Source of the DNA: Nageia nagi
Taxonomy: Eukaryota; Plantae; Pinophyta
Direction of reading: 5' to 3'
DNA length: 64,000 nucleotides
Assembly (NCBI GenBank): GCA_050084985.1
Contig: JBITNC010000001.1
Coordinates: 42,160,001-42,224,000 of the forward strand
The notes under the pieces were generated by a model that saw nothing but the letters and a program-made list of their open reading frames with translations, was not told the DNA's origin and ran no database searches. Positions 40,927 to 54,395 of the stretch are shown here, one piece after another. The number at the start of each line of letters is the position of its first letter. Position 1 is the first letter of the stretch. The position numbers and the translations under genes are program-made.

Positions 40927-41006
40927 CCTGTTCCTAGACCATATATCCTATCATGTGGAATACTCACTCCAGCCAAATCTCGCAGTAAAGCCTCTGCAAA
41001 CCTAGC
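40927..41006 (-). CDS. HAD-superfamily protein (At2g45990-like), internal exon
   Basis: TTTGTAG/GTGAGT boundaries, 80 bp. Encodes ARFAEALLRDLAGVSIPHDRIYGLGT(G). Confidence 0.92.
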
Positions 41007-41160
41007 CTACAAAGAAGTGATACAAAGATGGAAATGTAACTTATTTACAGAAAACCCTGAAAATGTAAATTTATTGCATGTTAAACAATAACAAGTTTTT
41101 GCCTCTGAAGACACCTTAATGTCATCTACTCAGTCTAATAAATTTGACAAGAGGTCTAGA

Positions 41161-41470
41161 AATATCAAATGAAACCAGGTCAATACAAAACCAATTTCAC
41201 TTTAAAAGTATCCTGCCGTCAAACGCGTTCAAAATGGTACAACTTGCAATAAATATGATTCACATTTACAAATGTCTTAAGTCTAATAACTAATGGTCAC
41301 ATATTAATAAATTATAAAATATCAAATGAACCCACTACAAAACCTATTTCACTTTAGAAATATCATAAATCAAGATTCAAACCCATTAAAAATTAGTCAA
41401 ACTTGCAAATAAAATATGATTTCACATTTACAAATGTCTCAGTCTAATAACTAACGGTTACATATTAATT
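41161..41470 (+). repeat. Diverged ~155-bp intronic tandem duplication
   Basis: AATATCAAATGAA...ATTTCACTTTA...ACTTGCAA...CACATTTACAAATGTCT..GTCTAATAACTAA.GGT.ACATATTAAT at 41161-41310 and 41318-41470. Confidence 0.8.
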
Positions 41471-41557
41471 AAATAGGAAAAGAACCCAGATCAAGCATAG
41501 ATGGTTTGAATCTAGGTCAAGCATATAGATGGTATGATTCTATGAAACAGCAAAGCT

Positions 41558-44297
41558 TGTAATTCTCAGTTCCTAAACTGCCAAGATCTAGGGTTTTTGG
41601 GTTATCACTTGTATATTTTCATTGGAAGGTCTTGGTAAAAATCTGCATAGTTACTAGGAATATGGCTGTAAAAAAGATTTTAGCACAAAGATAATTAATA
41701 AGAACAATACAACAATCCCTTAAATAATATATTGCATCAGAGGATAATTAAACATAATAAATGATGGAAATAAATACAATAGAAATACATGCTTCATTTG
41801 CATTAGTGTAGGCCTCTTCAAAGGGGTAACCTCCTGATGAGCAACCTCAATCCAATTTACACAATAAACTTCTTGGCCAATATACATGGTAATTTACAAT
41901 GAAAATATCTTATGTAGCATATTCCCTTACATTTCTTTATAAATGTTCTCTATAGTACTATATGACCGTCTACTACTTGTGGTTTGCCATCCGATAGGCA
42001 TTTCTCCCACAAATGCTCTTCGACCTTTCTTTGTGATTCCACTCTAAATTGTATTTGTTTTATAGCACTTTGTTAGTCCGTAGGGTCTCTAACCCTAGTA
42101 CTTCCTCTTTTTTCACTGAATTGTTCTATTGAGTCCCATTGACCTATTTTTGGTCATCCATGGACATTAATATATATTCTATTCTATTTCCTTACATATT
42201 TATTCTCTTACACGTATTTTTTTACAAATTTCCTTATAATAGATGGTGATAACTGTTTCCTTACATATTCCCTTGCAATGGTTAATGACATGTGGCATAA
42301 AGTGTCACCAAACTGACATCTCCTTTAGGAAAGCTCTGTCCTCAAAGCTTGAAATCTGAGAACTGTTGATTAGGCTCTTGGATTGATTCCCAAGTGGTAT
42401 CTTCTAGTTGGAGTCCCTTTCGTTGAACTAGCACTTCCATGACTGACTGGGAGTGAAGTTCACATGTGTGATGGACGACAATGGCAGCTAGTTTGAGTAA
42501 GAAGCCCTCATCTAATTCAGGAAGTATTGTTTGTGTACAGATGTTGTTACTGATCACCTTTTTAAGGCATAACACATGGAATCTAGGATGGATATTGGAA
42601 GTGGATGGTAGCTCCAGCTTGAAAGTGACCTCCTCAATATTTTGAACGATTGTATAAGGCCTATATAACTTTAAAGTGATTTTATGTTGACCCTTTAATT
42701 CCAAAGATGTCTGTTTCTAGGACTGAATACGAAGGAAACCTATGTCACCAATTACGAGTTGTCCTTTGGACCTATGTTGATAAGTCTGCAACTTCATTCT
42801 ATTATGAGCCATGGCCAAGTTTTCTTTTAGGGTTCAGAGCACATCAGTGCACTTTGTGAGAGGGTGATCCATTGCCTCCACCTTAGAGTTGCTTGGTAGG
42901 TATGACACCACGAATGGTGGTGGTTGTCCAAAACTTCATATGGTGTCATCTTGGAGGAGGATTGATAGGAAGTCTTGCATCACTATTCTATGAGACGAAG
43001 CTATCTAATCCAATGGAACTGACAATCAAAAGCAAAGCATCTAAGGTACGTTTAAATACATTTGTTAATGACTTTTGTTTGATAATCCATCTTAGGTTGA
43101 TAAACTAAGTTGTGTTTTAACTGGATACCTTACTACTTGAACAATTCTTGCTAGAGCATATTGGTAATGATAAGGTCACGATTGTTGACAATTGAGTGTG
43201 GCATCCCATGAAGTCAAAATATTTAGTCAATAAAAATTTGGGCAACAATGATTGTTGTGTAACAATATCCTAAAGCAAAAAAATGAGAATATTTGGTTAA
43301 CGTATCAACCCCTACTAAGATTATAGTCTTCCCCCAAGAGGTTGGAAGTCCTTTGATGAAATCCATGGAAACATCAAACCAAAGATGTGGAGACAAGGAG
43401 TGGTAAGAGAAGACCCTAATAATTCATGGTTCTCCCTCTTTTCCAGTGACAAGTATTACAAGCATCCATAAAGTCATTGACATCTTATGAAACTTCTTTT
43501 GGTTCTTTGATAAGTGCATAGGAAGCTTAAGTGTTAACTACAAGAGACTACTGAATATAACTCATGACAAAAACTGGCATTAGTAACAACCTTAGTAGCG
43601 ATTACCAAATGCCACTTGTAGTATAGTAACTCGCCCTACCAAGACTAATTGACCTCTATTTCATAGATGATTTGGGAGAGTAGTGGGTCAAAGACCCATT
43701 CAACTTGCACTTCCTTCAACCAATTTGCTCTAGGTAAGGATAATGTGCAAAGAGTGTTTTGCAACCATGTTTGCTTCACCTTTTTTTTAAGTGATCTCAT
43801 AATCATGCTCAATGTATTCAGTGACCCACTTTTGTTGGTCAAGAGAGGAGAATATTTGTCCCAAAAAGTGCTTCAGGTTGTAATGGTTAGTTTTGATCTG
43901 GAAATGTCTCCCAAAAAAGTATGATCAAACACCCCTCTTACATGAGCATTGAACCAATGCCTAGCTTGCATGAATTTGTCTCAATGAAAAACATTTTGAC
44001 AAAGTTGGGAATAGTGAGAATTGATGTGGTGCACATATTGAGCTCCAATTGTTCAAATGCCCTTTTAGCTTTTTTTTTTCTAAAAGGGAAAGTTCTTCAA
44101 CATGGCTATGAAGGGGGCAATTATTTTACTGTAGTCCTTCACAAATTTGTGGCAATTACCTATAAGACCCAAATTTCCCAATAGGCTTTTCAAGATTTGG
44201 AATTTTGATTATCCTCCATTCCTTATATCTTTTTGGATCAACTTGTACAACTTCCTCAGATACAATGTGTCCCACATACTTGACTATCTAAATCCCA
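41558..44297 (-). mobile_element. 3' half of a Ty3/Gypsy chromovirus (Reina-like): RT end, RNase H, integrase, chromodomain and 3' LTR (~41558-42310)
   Basis: Minus strand: VKYVGHIVS ~44280; integrase WFDVSMDFIKGLPTSWGKTII ~43330-43385; ORF 42342-42704 with RPYTIVQ...FKLELP...IHPRFHV and chromodomain VLVQRKGLQLEDTTWE. Confidence 0.85.
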
Positions 44298-46300
44298 TGT
44301 TATGTACCCAATTAATGTAAATTCATAAGGAAATATATGGATGAATACAAGTCACTCATTATTGTAAGGGAGGTGATGCATGTGACAAATTCATGTAAGG
44401 GAATATAAGTAGACAAATAATAAATGTATTATGTAAGGGAATATAGGACATATGGAAGAAATTTCATGTAAGAGAATATGCTCCCATAGATATTTCTCAT
44501 ATACAATACCAAGAGTGCAAGCCATGAGTTATCTATTTTGTATTGAGTTTACTCATGTTAGAAGGTTGCCCCTTCGAAAAGGCCAATGAAATACAAAGAG
44601 AAGTGCTATTTTCCCATTATTCATTGTATGTCCATGGTCGTAATTAATCTTGTATTTTACTATACTTTTGTATCAAATTCTAACATTTTTGATGTTGATT
44701 GTGTTTCCTTTTTGTGCTAGAATCATTTTTAATGAAGAATTCCTAGTCTCTGCACAAGCCTAAACCAAGTTCTTGGACGCTACAAAATTGGGGTTTTTAG
44801 CAGTCTTGCAAAATCACCACAACTGGTATTAGAGCTCTTTCTAGAGCCTAAAGTAAAACTTATTTTCCTAACTTCAAATCGTTTTACTATTTTTTTTACT
44901 TACTAATACTTGCTTTTCTATTTTCCAAGTCATAGGCTAGAAACCTTGTAGTAACAGTTTTAAAAAATTCACAAAGGCTACTGTTTTTGGCTAAGCATGT
45001 TACCCCATAAAGTTGTAAGTGAAGTAAGGTGTGTGAAATTCTACACCAATACCCAAGTTTCAAATAGAACCCATATACGGTTTTCAGATCCCATGTACCT
45101 CACGTATATCAAGAGATCCATTTAGGAAATTTATTGAAACCCACTTTAACAAACGTGTTGGCCTTGCAGTTTTTGCAATGCATCGAGAACAACACCAAGC
45201 AAGATCACCCTCACATACTTGAGACCAATGAATAGTACAACCAAAGAAAGAAAACCCTTACTCCATGGTTAGTGCCTTAAAATATAGGATTGAGTATTAT
45301 TTATTAATTACCGTTGTATATCAAAGGGCTGTAAAAAATGTGTACTCCTGAATCTAGTAGTATCCAATATCCAGTCAATCTTTCACACTATCTATGAAAT
45401 AGTAGAAGGCAAAAAAAAAATTAAATATTTGAGACTAGCCCATTCCAAACCTCTCAAGATGTTGATTGTTTGGATGTAAGGAAATGGTAAACTATTTTGG
45501 CAGACCCGAAAATCTGTCGAGGGACCTAGCCCATTGGTATACGTCATTAATAACTTATTTTTGAGCCAAAGAAAAAAATCCATTAGTGTAGCCTCTTGAA
45601 ACAAGAATTGAGACTCACTTTCAACAAATTGAAGAACTCTCATAGATCTCTACCCTCAATGATAAGATGACTTGCATGGTGTAAATAGTTAGTGTGTTCT
45701 GAATCATCTAAGAAAATTTTACACAAGAGGTATCTTCTCTTGAAAAACAAAAGGGTACTAAATGGGAGATAGATGAAGAACAAATTGAGCAAATTTATTT
45801 AGCCAAATGAAATACCACTCCTAATATTTTTTTTTATTTGGTTAAGAAGGGGTGTTGAAAGGGCCTCAACAATTTTTACAAAGCAGTTTGAAAATTGAGA
45901 CAAGTTACCATCATGTGACATTTGAGACATCATCATAATGTGAGGGTTGGGATTTGAACCTAAGACTCTCTTTACATCATTTGAGAGTTTCCACACCCAC
46001 TATTCTCCCAACTCTCCTAACAATACCACTCCTAATATAGCCTGCTTGTCAAAGATTGATTTCCCCATATTTAATAACACAGAACCTATATAGTCAACAG
46101 GTCTACTTGACACCACTAACTTGAAGATGCATCCTACGATAGGTTGGAAGCACTTCACCGAACAGCTCCTCACTCAGTTTGGTTTGAGTGAATTTGAGAA
46201 CTCTACTGAAGCTTTAACTAAATTGTGTCTAACAAGAACAATCAAAGACTACCTAATGATCAACTTTACAAATGTAATACATGATGTCATTGCTGCTAAG
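44298..46300 (+). mobile_element. 5' part of a related Reina-like element: LTR 44298-44821, PBS 44824-44835, gag fragment ~46040-46270
   Basis: TGTTATG...CACCACA followed by TGGTATTAGAGC. The LTR shares motifs with the reverse complement of 41558-42310 (GGTT.CCCCTT.GAA.AGGCC, TTTGTGCTA.AATC). gag LSKIDFPIF and WKHFTEQLLTQFG...EALTKL. Confidence 0.8.
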
Positions 46301-47287
46301 CTCACTAGAAGATAGAGAGAGAAAACATGTTGATAACAAAAGTATTGTCAAATTCTCGGAAAATATGATGTTACTGTTAATAATTGTCATAAACATTGCT
46401 GATGATATTATTCATCAACCCACGGTCTGCTTTTGGTTCCTTCTCAAGTATTTGGTCACAGACTATCCTCCGATAGTTATAATTGGTACTTGTAGGTTTG
46501 TCAGTAGTTAAAAGTCTGGTGAAATCCCTAAAAGATTATCATAGTGCTAATTGTATTTACAAGAAAAAATGTCCTTGATTCTTACCAACATAGAAATGGA
46601 GACCATCCATCAGCTCTAGATAATTACCTATAAGGCTCTATCGATTGCATATTCATCTTGCTTGCAATGTAGACTTTTAACTCTATTAACTTAAATACGA
46701 GACTAAAATCTAATGGTGTTTGTCAATACATTATGATGCATTTGATATAGATTCTAGTCAATGACAAAGTGGATAACAAATACTCTATAAGACTATTCTT
46801 ATCTGTACACAGAGCTCTCTAAATTGAAATTCATACGGTCAAATTAAAAGTCAGAAGATTGTGTTTGAAACAATTTAACAATCCAAAATGTGGTTGACAA
46901 CTAGATCATGTTAATGTCAAGCATGAGACCTATTGAGATATATCGAGTTTTATTGCACTTGTCACCATTTTCATTAATTTGCCAAAATATTGCTAGCCAA
47001 CACATTTTGGAACCAAAATGTTTAACTATGCTCAAGAGTAGGCACAACCTTCATATAAATAATAATCACATGCTAATAACAGGGCCTCAAACACAAGAGC
47101 TTCCATAATGTTATTTCAAGTTAATTTTCTTAATAATATTCATTAATTTCATGGTAAATTTGCAACTTTATAAGTCTACCTGATGCCAAATATGAACAAA
47201 ATACCTAAGGAAACTAAACTTCAGTCCAGCATCAATTTGTTTTACTCAGCCTATGAGGGACTTGTTTAATAATAAAATGTAGATTAC

Positions 47288-47357
47288 CTGTTTAGTGGTG
47301 ACAATGTAAACCTTTGAGCTTGCAAATCTAAGAGCGTCTGCAGCCCCAGGATAGAAT
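47288..47357 (-). CDS. HAD-superfamily protein (At2g45990-like), most 5' exon visible in the window
   Basis: GTGATAG/GTAATC boundaries, 70 bp. Encodes (R)FYPGAADALRFASSKVYIVTTKQ (motif II VTT) and splices in frame to 41006. The N-terminal DFDG exons were not found up to 64000. Confidence 0.92.
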
Positions 47358-50300
47358 CTATCACAATATTTTCCATATGGATTAGCCCATCATGCAAAAA
47401 AAGGTCATTCTTCTACAGCTAGATAGATCTAAATTGAATTGGAAACATGCCATTAAAAAATTAGGGTGAGGTAAATGAAAAATAAATGACAAAAATACGT
47501 AGATCAAAGGTGAAAAAAAAAGCCAATCAAACTACTAAAGTTTTCATGTACTGCACCTGATGTTTTTTAATATATAGATCAATAAAAAAATATATAAATA
47601 AAATATTGGTTTAATATGCATTGCAACCACAAAATTGATATTCCTAACTGATACGTAAGTTGTTCCCCCTTGTCTATAGTGTAGAGTCTAGAAAAGATTG
47701 TCTTAAGAGCAACTAGACAGGGGCTTGTCAAAGTTTACTTGCCTACGTAGATGAATTCAACACCTGGCATGATCAGCATACAAATGCTTCCCTAAGTCCA
47801 CAATTTCCTAAGCTAGCACTGAAACCTTAATCCCTGATTCCTAAACCTGACCCCTTTGCTAGAGTCCTATGCAGTTCCACTCCAACAAGCATGAAATGAC
47901 CCATACTCAAGCTACTCCCTAATTAGGAGCCTAGGGCCCATACTAAAGAATGCAGTGCCTAAATCTTTGAGGGAAATTGTGCACATCTAGCTTCCTTGGA
48001 TGGATGGTCGAGAAACTCAAAGTTGAATTCATGCCTCTGTTATCAACCATGGCTGAGTCAATTTCAATAGCGACCAACCCTGGACTAAACAATACAGACA
48101 AGTGATTTGTGACCACCAATCTATAATTACTATGTCAGAAATCAACCCTCCCAATATAATTATCTGTACAAAGAGATCTATAAATTGTGGTACTATTCCA
48201 GTATAAAGTTCCTTAAATTTCAAAGGTTGGCCTTACAGTTACTCTACAATTGAGTGCCTAGTAGCCAGATCAGAAGCCTTGCCAAGATAAGCATCTAAAG
48301 AATCATTACACAATCTAGAAACAGAACAGACAGATTATTATCCCTTAATGCAAAAACCCTTGAGGGGTGTGTAGGGATGTTTTTCCTTCCACTTATGAAG
48401 ACCACCTAGGTGATAACAGGAAGGGCATCCAACATTTGATCGAAGTTGCGTTACTAACCTCTACTTGTAAGGACTGGTTACCCCAAGGTTCCTAGTATTG
48501 TAAGATGTCTTTCGTGATGATGATAGTAGCTATACTTGGAATATTTTGTAGGTAGATGGAGGCAGCAACTGTAAACCATGTTTGTTGTAGGTCTCGAAGT
48601 TATTTCACACCAATTGAGAGGTTAGACTTTTGAGTGCAAAAGAAAAGGAAAATAACAAGGTAAAAGGTAAGAAAAGTGCAAAGTGGGGATGATAGCATGC
48701 AATAAGAGTTCATTCAAGAGCAAGTTCACCCATGGGGTCGTGGCGAGGTCACTTCCTTTCTGGGTTAGTTATGAGATGTACACCCACTAATCCAACCTCA
48801 CATCAAATGACTAAGTTCAAATTGTATGTAAGAAGAAGCCTATAGCAGTGTTGTCAGACGCAATAACATGGGTAACACCTCAAGTCAAATGACATAGAAA
48901 GGAATTCATTAGCATACACCCATTACATGCGAAAGAATAGACAATGTTCATCAAATGGCAATCATACAATTTTATAAGATACTCATTTAACTTTCTACCA
49001 AGCAGATACTTACGAGAAATGCACACAATCTATACAATGACAATAAGCAAACACCAAGTATAAGTACTCAAGTCTACAATCCCATTAAGTGAAGCAAGCA
49101 TTGATTTGTTATATTGTGCTCAACATTCATACAAGGTAGAATCCAAGCATTAACAAGTTCTCAAAATTAGCTCTCTTGTAAAAATGATCATCCTGCATAC
49201 TAATGAGCCCTCTAGGGCTATTAATATCATTTCAAGACCCTAATAGTTGTAGCCCTAATTCTCCTAAAACTACATGAAAATTCACCTCGAATTTGGTGAA
49301 ATTCACATAAATTATTATTAAAATAAAAACTTTAGTGAAATTACATCAAATTATGTCTAAATTTTGATGAAATAAAATGAAAATGCCAATTAAATGGTAG
49401 CAAACTGAAATGAAATGTACTGAAAATGTCCAGAAATATAAAAGTCTTATTCACACTTGTGGGAGCAAAAAAAACATCCATCACAAGGTGAGAAGCTAAA
49501 CTAAGTCTAAAAATCAAAGAAAATATGACCTTGAACATAAACGACTCATAGGAGTCTTAACAGGAGTGTGACTTCCTCCTCAAAGTTGTCCCCCATAAAC
49601 GCCTTCATCTTGTCTATGCCCATCTCAAGCACGTCAAAGGCCTTTCAGTTCCGGAACACTTTGCTTTGTGATATTGCCTAAAACCTACTTCATCTGATAC
49701 TCCCATTCTGATAGCTCTCTTTCATCTCTGAAAGGACACCCCGTCTTAATCATATTCATATCTTTTGTATTAAGCATGTTGTTCATCATGTGTTGGACCT
49801 CCTTGGATACTAAGTTTTCCCTTCATGGTACTCCAAAGTCATCTAGGGAAGTGATGCCAAATAGAAAATCAGCCATGTGTATTGCAATTTTTCCTTTAGG
49901 GTCATAGTTCTCGGCCATAGGTAGCTTTTTGAATCTATACAATGTTAACTTAGTTTTAATGGTATCAACATCAACCCATAAAGAACAAGTATACTCCCCA
50001 ACGATGATAGACAAGGTTATCGTGGTAGCCTTTTTCTTCCGCACCTTATCGTGCAAATATGACAATTGATTACAAAATTCCAACAATATTATTCTGTTGC
50101 AAACGTACTTAGGGAGCATGTGTGTGTGGAACTACTTGGTGTTGTGACTAGCACAACATGCCCCAAAATTCTATGATTTTGGGGATCCAAACACCTTGCT
50201 CAAGTCATGTCACGTTAAACCTATAACTTCATTTATCTGGATATCATGTTCATCATCCCATCAAGAATCGAGTATCTCATCTTCCCTAGCCTTAGCCATG

Positions 50301-51627
50301 GTTGTCAAAGCCCTAGTTTCTTAAAAAATGACTAAGTCTGGAAATAGGAAGTCGAAATTGGGTGAAAATAGGGGGCCTTGGGCAAGTTCGGATTCGAGCA
50401 TGTAAGGGAGCCTCCAACATGCCCAACGCATGACTCAAAAAGACAAGTTTTTATCTTTTTTGACATGCGCTCAAAAGAGGGAACCGCCCAGGTTGAGATT
50501 GGGGTCAAAAAAAGACAAACTAATTCTCCCAAAGACCCAGCGCATGCCTCTAGAAGACAACATCTTGTCTTTTTTTGGCATGCTCCAGCTAGCCAAGGGC
50601 ATATAGGTCGAGCTTAAGGTGAAAATCGGCTAAGGCATGAACATTCAGGTCCAAAATCAAGTAAAAGAGGGTTTAGGAAAGCTGGTGCATGCTCCCAAAA
50701 GACAAAATTTGACTTTTTGTGGCATGCACCTAGCCAAGGAGGCACTCAGGTAGAGGAAAAGGAGAAATTTTGGCCAAGAATTGCACCCAAAGGCTGAAAA
50801 CAAGCTAATATGGGTAAAAGAAGGCAAGTGCACCAAAAAAAAAAAGATAAAATCTTGACTTTTTCTAGCATGCACTCAAACTGGAGCAACTGGGAAGGCT
50901 GATGCATCGGAAAAAAGATAAAATCTTGACTTTTTTTAGCATGTGCTCAACTTGGAGCAACGGGGAAAGCTGGCGCACTGGAAAAAAGACAATCTTTTCG
51001 TAGCATGCACCTAGCCTGATAGGGGACCTAGAGGAGTTCGAAATGAGATTTTGACAAGTCTGAGCTTTAAAGAAGATGAAATCATGAGCAACTTGAGGCT
51101 AGAAGGGTGTGATGTCCCCCTTGTCCTCTAGTCATTAATTCTATGATCCAGAAGGTTCTATTTGTAATATACTCTTCTTATGTATTGCTTTATGTTGTAC
51201 CTTAGGATAGGAGACTTAATGCGTCAATGGACCCCACTGTGAGCCCTAAGTGGGATGCCTCCCTCCTAAGGGTAGATTAGGAGTATTTATCATGCTTGGA
51301 GATCTCGATAATGACTGTGGGAATCCCAAGATATATGTAGGTGTCAGATAATCACTTTTATACATGCGTAGGCTTGGGGAGTACCCCACACCCCCACGTT
51401 GGCACAGTTATACTCCTAGACCCCATGTTTGCCCCCTCTTCACATAATGGGCATGCGGGGCATCCCATGACCCATTCGTTGGCATTTAACACTCCATGGG
51501 ACCCCACATTGGGCATTCCGAGCCCCCAGGAAGCCAACGTTGGAATAGGAGCTGGATGGTGATTCCTAGACAGGACCTTGATAGGATAATGTATAAATAG
51601 ACACAGGGGGCTCATTATTGGACATGC

Positions 51628-54395
51628 TGTTGTGACTAAACACAACATGCCCCAAAATCCTACGATTTTGGGGACACTCACTATCTCGTCTACACATAGG
51701 GTCATGTTTTTGTCTCCTCCAATTCAAGTGATTTCGTAAGGGCGTGGATATTATGTCAAGTTATCCCAAGCCTAAGTCTAATCAATCTCCTGGTCTTAGT
51801 CATGTTGAGCCAAAATCCGAAATTTCTAAAAATGGATTCTGGAAAACCAAAAGTCGATCTTAGTGGACTATGGAAATCCATGGCGTGTCGGATAGAGTCA
51901 AGTCAAACCGGGCCACTCCTAGGGTTGGCACATGATTTCAAAAGACAAAATCTTGTCTTTTTGAAACATGCGACTAGGTCAGGTAGTTGCCCAGACTGAA
52001 GTTAATTGCCAAAAAAGCAATCAGGGTCACTTTGAGGCTTGGCGCATGCCTCAAAAAGACAAAATCTTGTCTTTTTGAATCATGCAACCGGGTCAAGGAG
52101 TAATTTGGATTGGAACGAAGCAGACAAAAGACAAGAACAAGGCACAATAAGTCCGTTGCATGATTTCAAAAGACAAAATCTTATCTTTTTGAATCATGCG
52201 ACCAGGATAAGGAGCACTTTGGATCGGAGTTAAGCTCGAAAAAGAAAAGGACACTTCAAGGTTGTCACATGATTTCAAAAAACAAAATCTTGTCCTTTTT
52301 AATCATGCAACCAAGCTAGGAGGAGTAACTAGGCAAATTCGAGGATCAGGAAGTGAACCCTAGGCATCCAGGAGGCTAGCGCATGCCTCAAAAAGACAAA
52401 ATCTTATTTTTTTAAATCGTGCGCCTAGCTTAGAAAGGCTTCCAATTCGTTCAAACAGGAAATATTGGCCAAGGCATGAAGTCCAGAACCCTAAGACCAG
52501 CTCCAGCACACCCAGGAGGGTTGGCACATGATTTCAAAAGACAAGTTTTTGACTTTTTGAATCATGTGCCAAGCCCAGCAAGCCTCTAGGAGCGAAGAAA
52601 CATGAAAAATTTGGCCAAGGCATGGAGATAGGAACATGCAAGATGCAAAATTGGCAATCTGGAAGCTGTCGCATGATTTCAAAAGACACAATCATGACTT
52701 TTTGAATCATGTGACCAAATTGGAAAGGTAGGAGAGGCTGTCGCATGATTTCAAAAGACAAAATCATGACTTTTTGAACCATGCGACCAAGCTAGAAGAG
52801 CATGAGAGGCTGGCGCATGCCTCAAAAAGACAAAAACATGACTTTTTGAATCATGTGCCAACCTTGGGGAGTGCCCAAGATGAGATGAAGGATGAAATTT
52901 GACAAGACTAGGCACCAAAAAGACCAAAAATCAGGCAAGATCAGGTCAAAGGGCGAGCTTCAAGGTTAAATTAAGCAAGTGAGCAAAGAAGGCCAACATG
53001 GGTAGAGCACTCACCCTTAAGACTGGCGCATGATCCAAAAAGACACAATATTGTCTTTTCTGAGCATGCGCCAAGCCTGAAGGTGCTCCAGAACCCCCAC
53101 ATATGGTTATGGCCAGCTGGACTTGAAATTTAATGTAGGCACACATTTCAAGGACGGACACATGGAGACCAGGATGGAACTTTTTTCATGCTACGAAATT
53201 CCTAGATGAGAAATTCGAGGAACATGTTGTGGGCTTGGGCCCACTGGCATCTTAGTCACAATTTTCCAGTTTATTTTTATTTCCAAGAAAAGACATTTAC
53301 TTTTGCCAAAATACTTTATTATATTATTATTTAATTCCCAAACTTGTGATGGATGAGGATTTGCTCCAACAAGTTTGGAAGAAACCTTGTAATGCCATGT
53401 GGTGATCTATGATTGGACCAATTGTATTTTCTTGTAATTTGCATTAGGGTTAGGGCAACACTTTGAGTTGCCACAAAAACTATTTATAGCTCACTCGGGC
53501 TCATTTGAAGGGGATTAGACATTTTGCACTTGTGAGAGACTTAATTTTATTGCCAATTAAACAAGTTTGCTCCATTTGTGAATGTGGTGTGATTCCAAGT
53601 AATTGAATGGTGAATGCTTTCATTTTGATGGGACTATGAATGTTATTTATACACTTTGAGTGGATGAATGCTATTGCTATCTTGTTTCACTTGAGTTGCT
53701 TGGATCATCTCATAAACCTTGTTGAGGTGGATGAGAGAGTAGTTGAATATCTCCCAAAGTGATTTGAGTAAAGCTTGACTTGTGATAAGTTCATAGTTTG
53801 CATAACAAGACATGTGCATTTTGTGATGGCTATCTCTTATGATGCTTAGCTTAGGAACTTCAATCCACAGTCGAAGATCTACCCATGACCTACCTTCTTC
53901 CACCCTTTCCACTCCTTTAGGCTTCTTTTACTAGTCCATTCATGTTGTTGGCTAGTAGAGTGGACGCGGATTGCGTGGAACCTAATCAAGCCCAGGAGAA
54001 ACAGATCCCAATCCTATGTACATGACAATGAAACCATATGCACCTGTGCCCGATTCATATGCCATGGTCTAATCTACCTTTTTCTTTTATTTTTCACTTT
54101 TTTCAGTGACTTTCGCAACCTAAGTTTTCCTTTTCTTTTGAGAAACAACTATTTGCTAGAGACAGGGACCCTTCGAGTCCTTGGTTGACAAATTATATTT
54201 GAGTTGAGAACAACTTCAAACATCTCAAACAGTCTCCTGAGCAACCTCTTGCACACTCCATCACGATACCTTTGAGGTAACCAATCCTCATAGTGCGTAG
54301 GGGTCATGCCCTACCACCTAGGTGTTAGTGTCTTCCCACAAGCCTTGCAAGCTCATTTGCCCATTAGCAAGGTAGGGAAGAAAAAACCCCCAACA
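51628..54395 (+). mobile_element. Solo LTR A' (2768 bp), same family as A, inserted in the Reina 5' LTR
   Basis: TGTTGTGACTAAACACAACATGCCCCAAAAT...AAAAAACCCCCAACA. Perfect TSD CATGC (51623-51627 / 54396-54400). The Reina 3' LTR shows the empty site GGACATGCTTGATT at ~59058. Confidence 0.95.
51928..53072. repeat. Array of ~10 near-palindromic ~42-bp repeats with variable spacers inside LTR A'
   Basis: Consensus GCATGATTTCAAAAGACAAAATCTTGTCTTTTTGAATCATGC at ~51928, 52043, 52157, 52266, 52380, 52523, 52670, 52742, 52813 and 53026. About 7 more degenerate copies in LTR A (50427-51010 and ~59778). Confidence 0.9.

Noticed and set aside
41558-46300. A single element with an inverted 5' half
   Set aside because: The two LTRs differ in length (~750 versus 524 bp) and are quite diverged, and the plus-strand LTR starts with a clean TG inside RT. 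This favours insertion of a relative.
51928-53072. True CRISPR array
   Set aside because: Eukaryotic context, inside a TSD-flanked LTR, no cas genes, repeats longer and more degenerate than CRISPR repeats, and spacer lengths highly variable.
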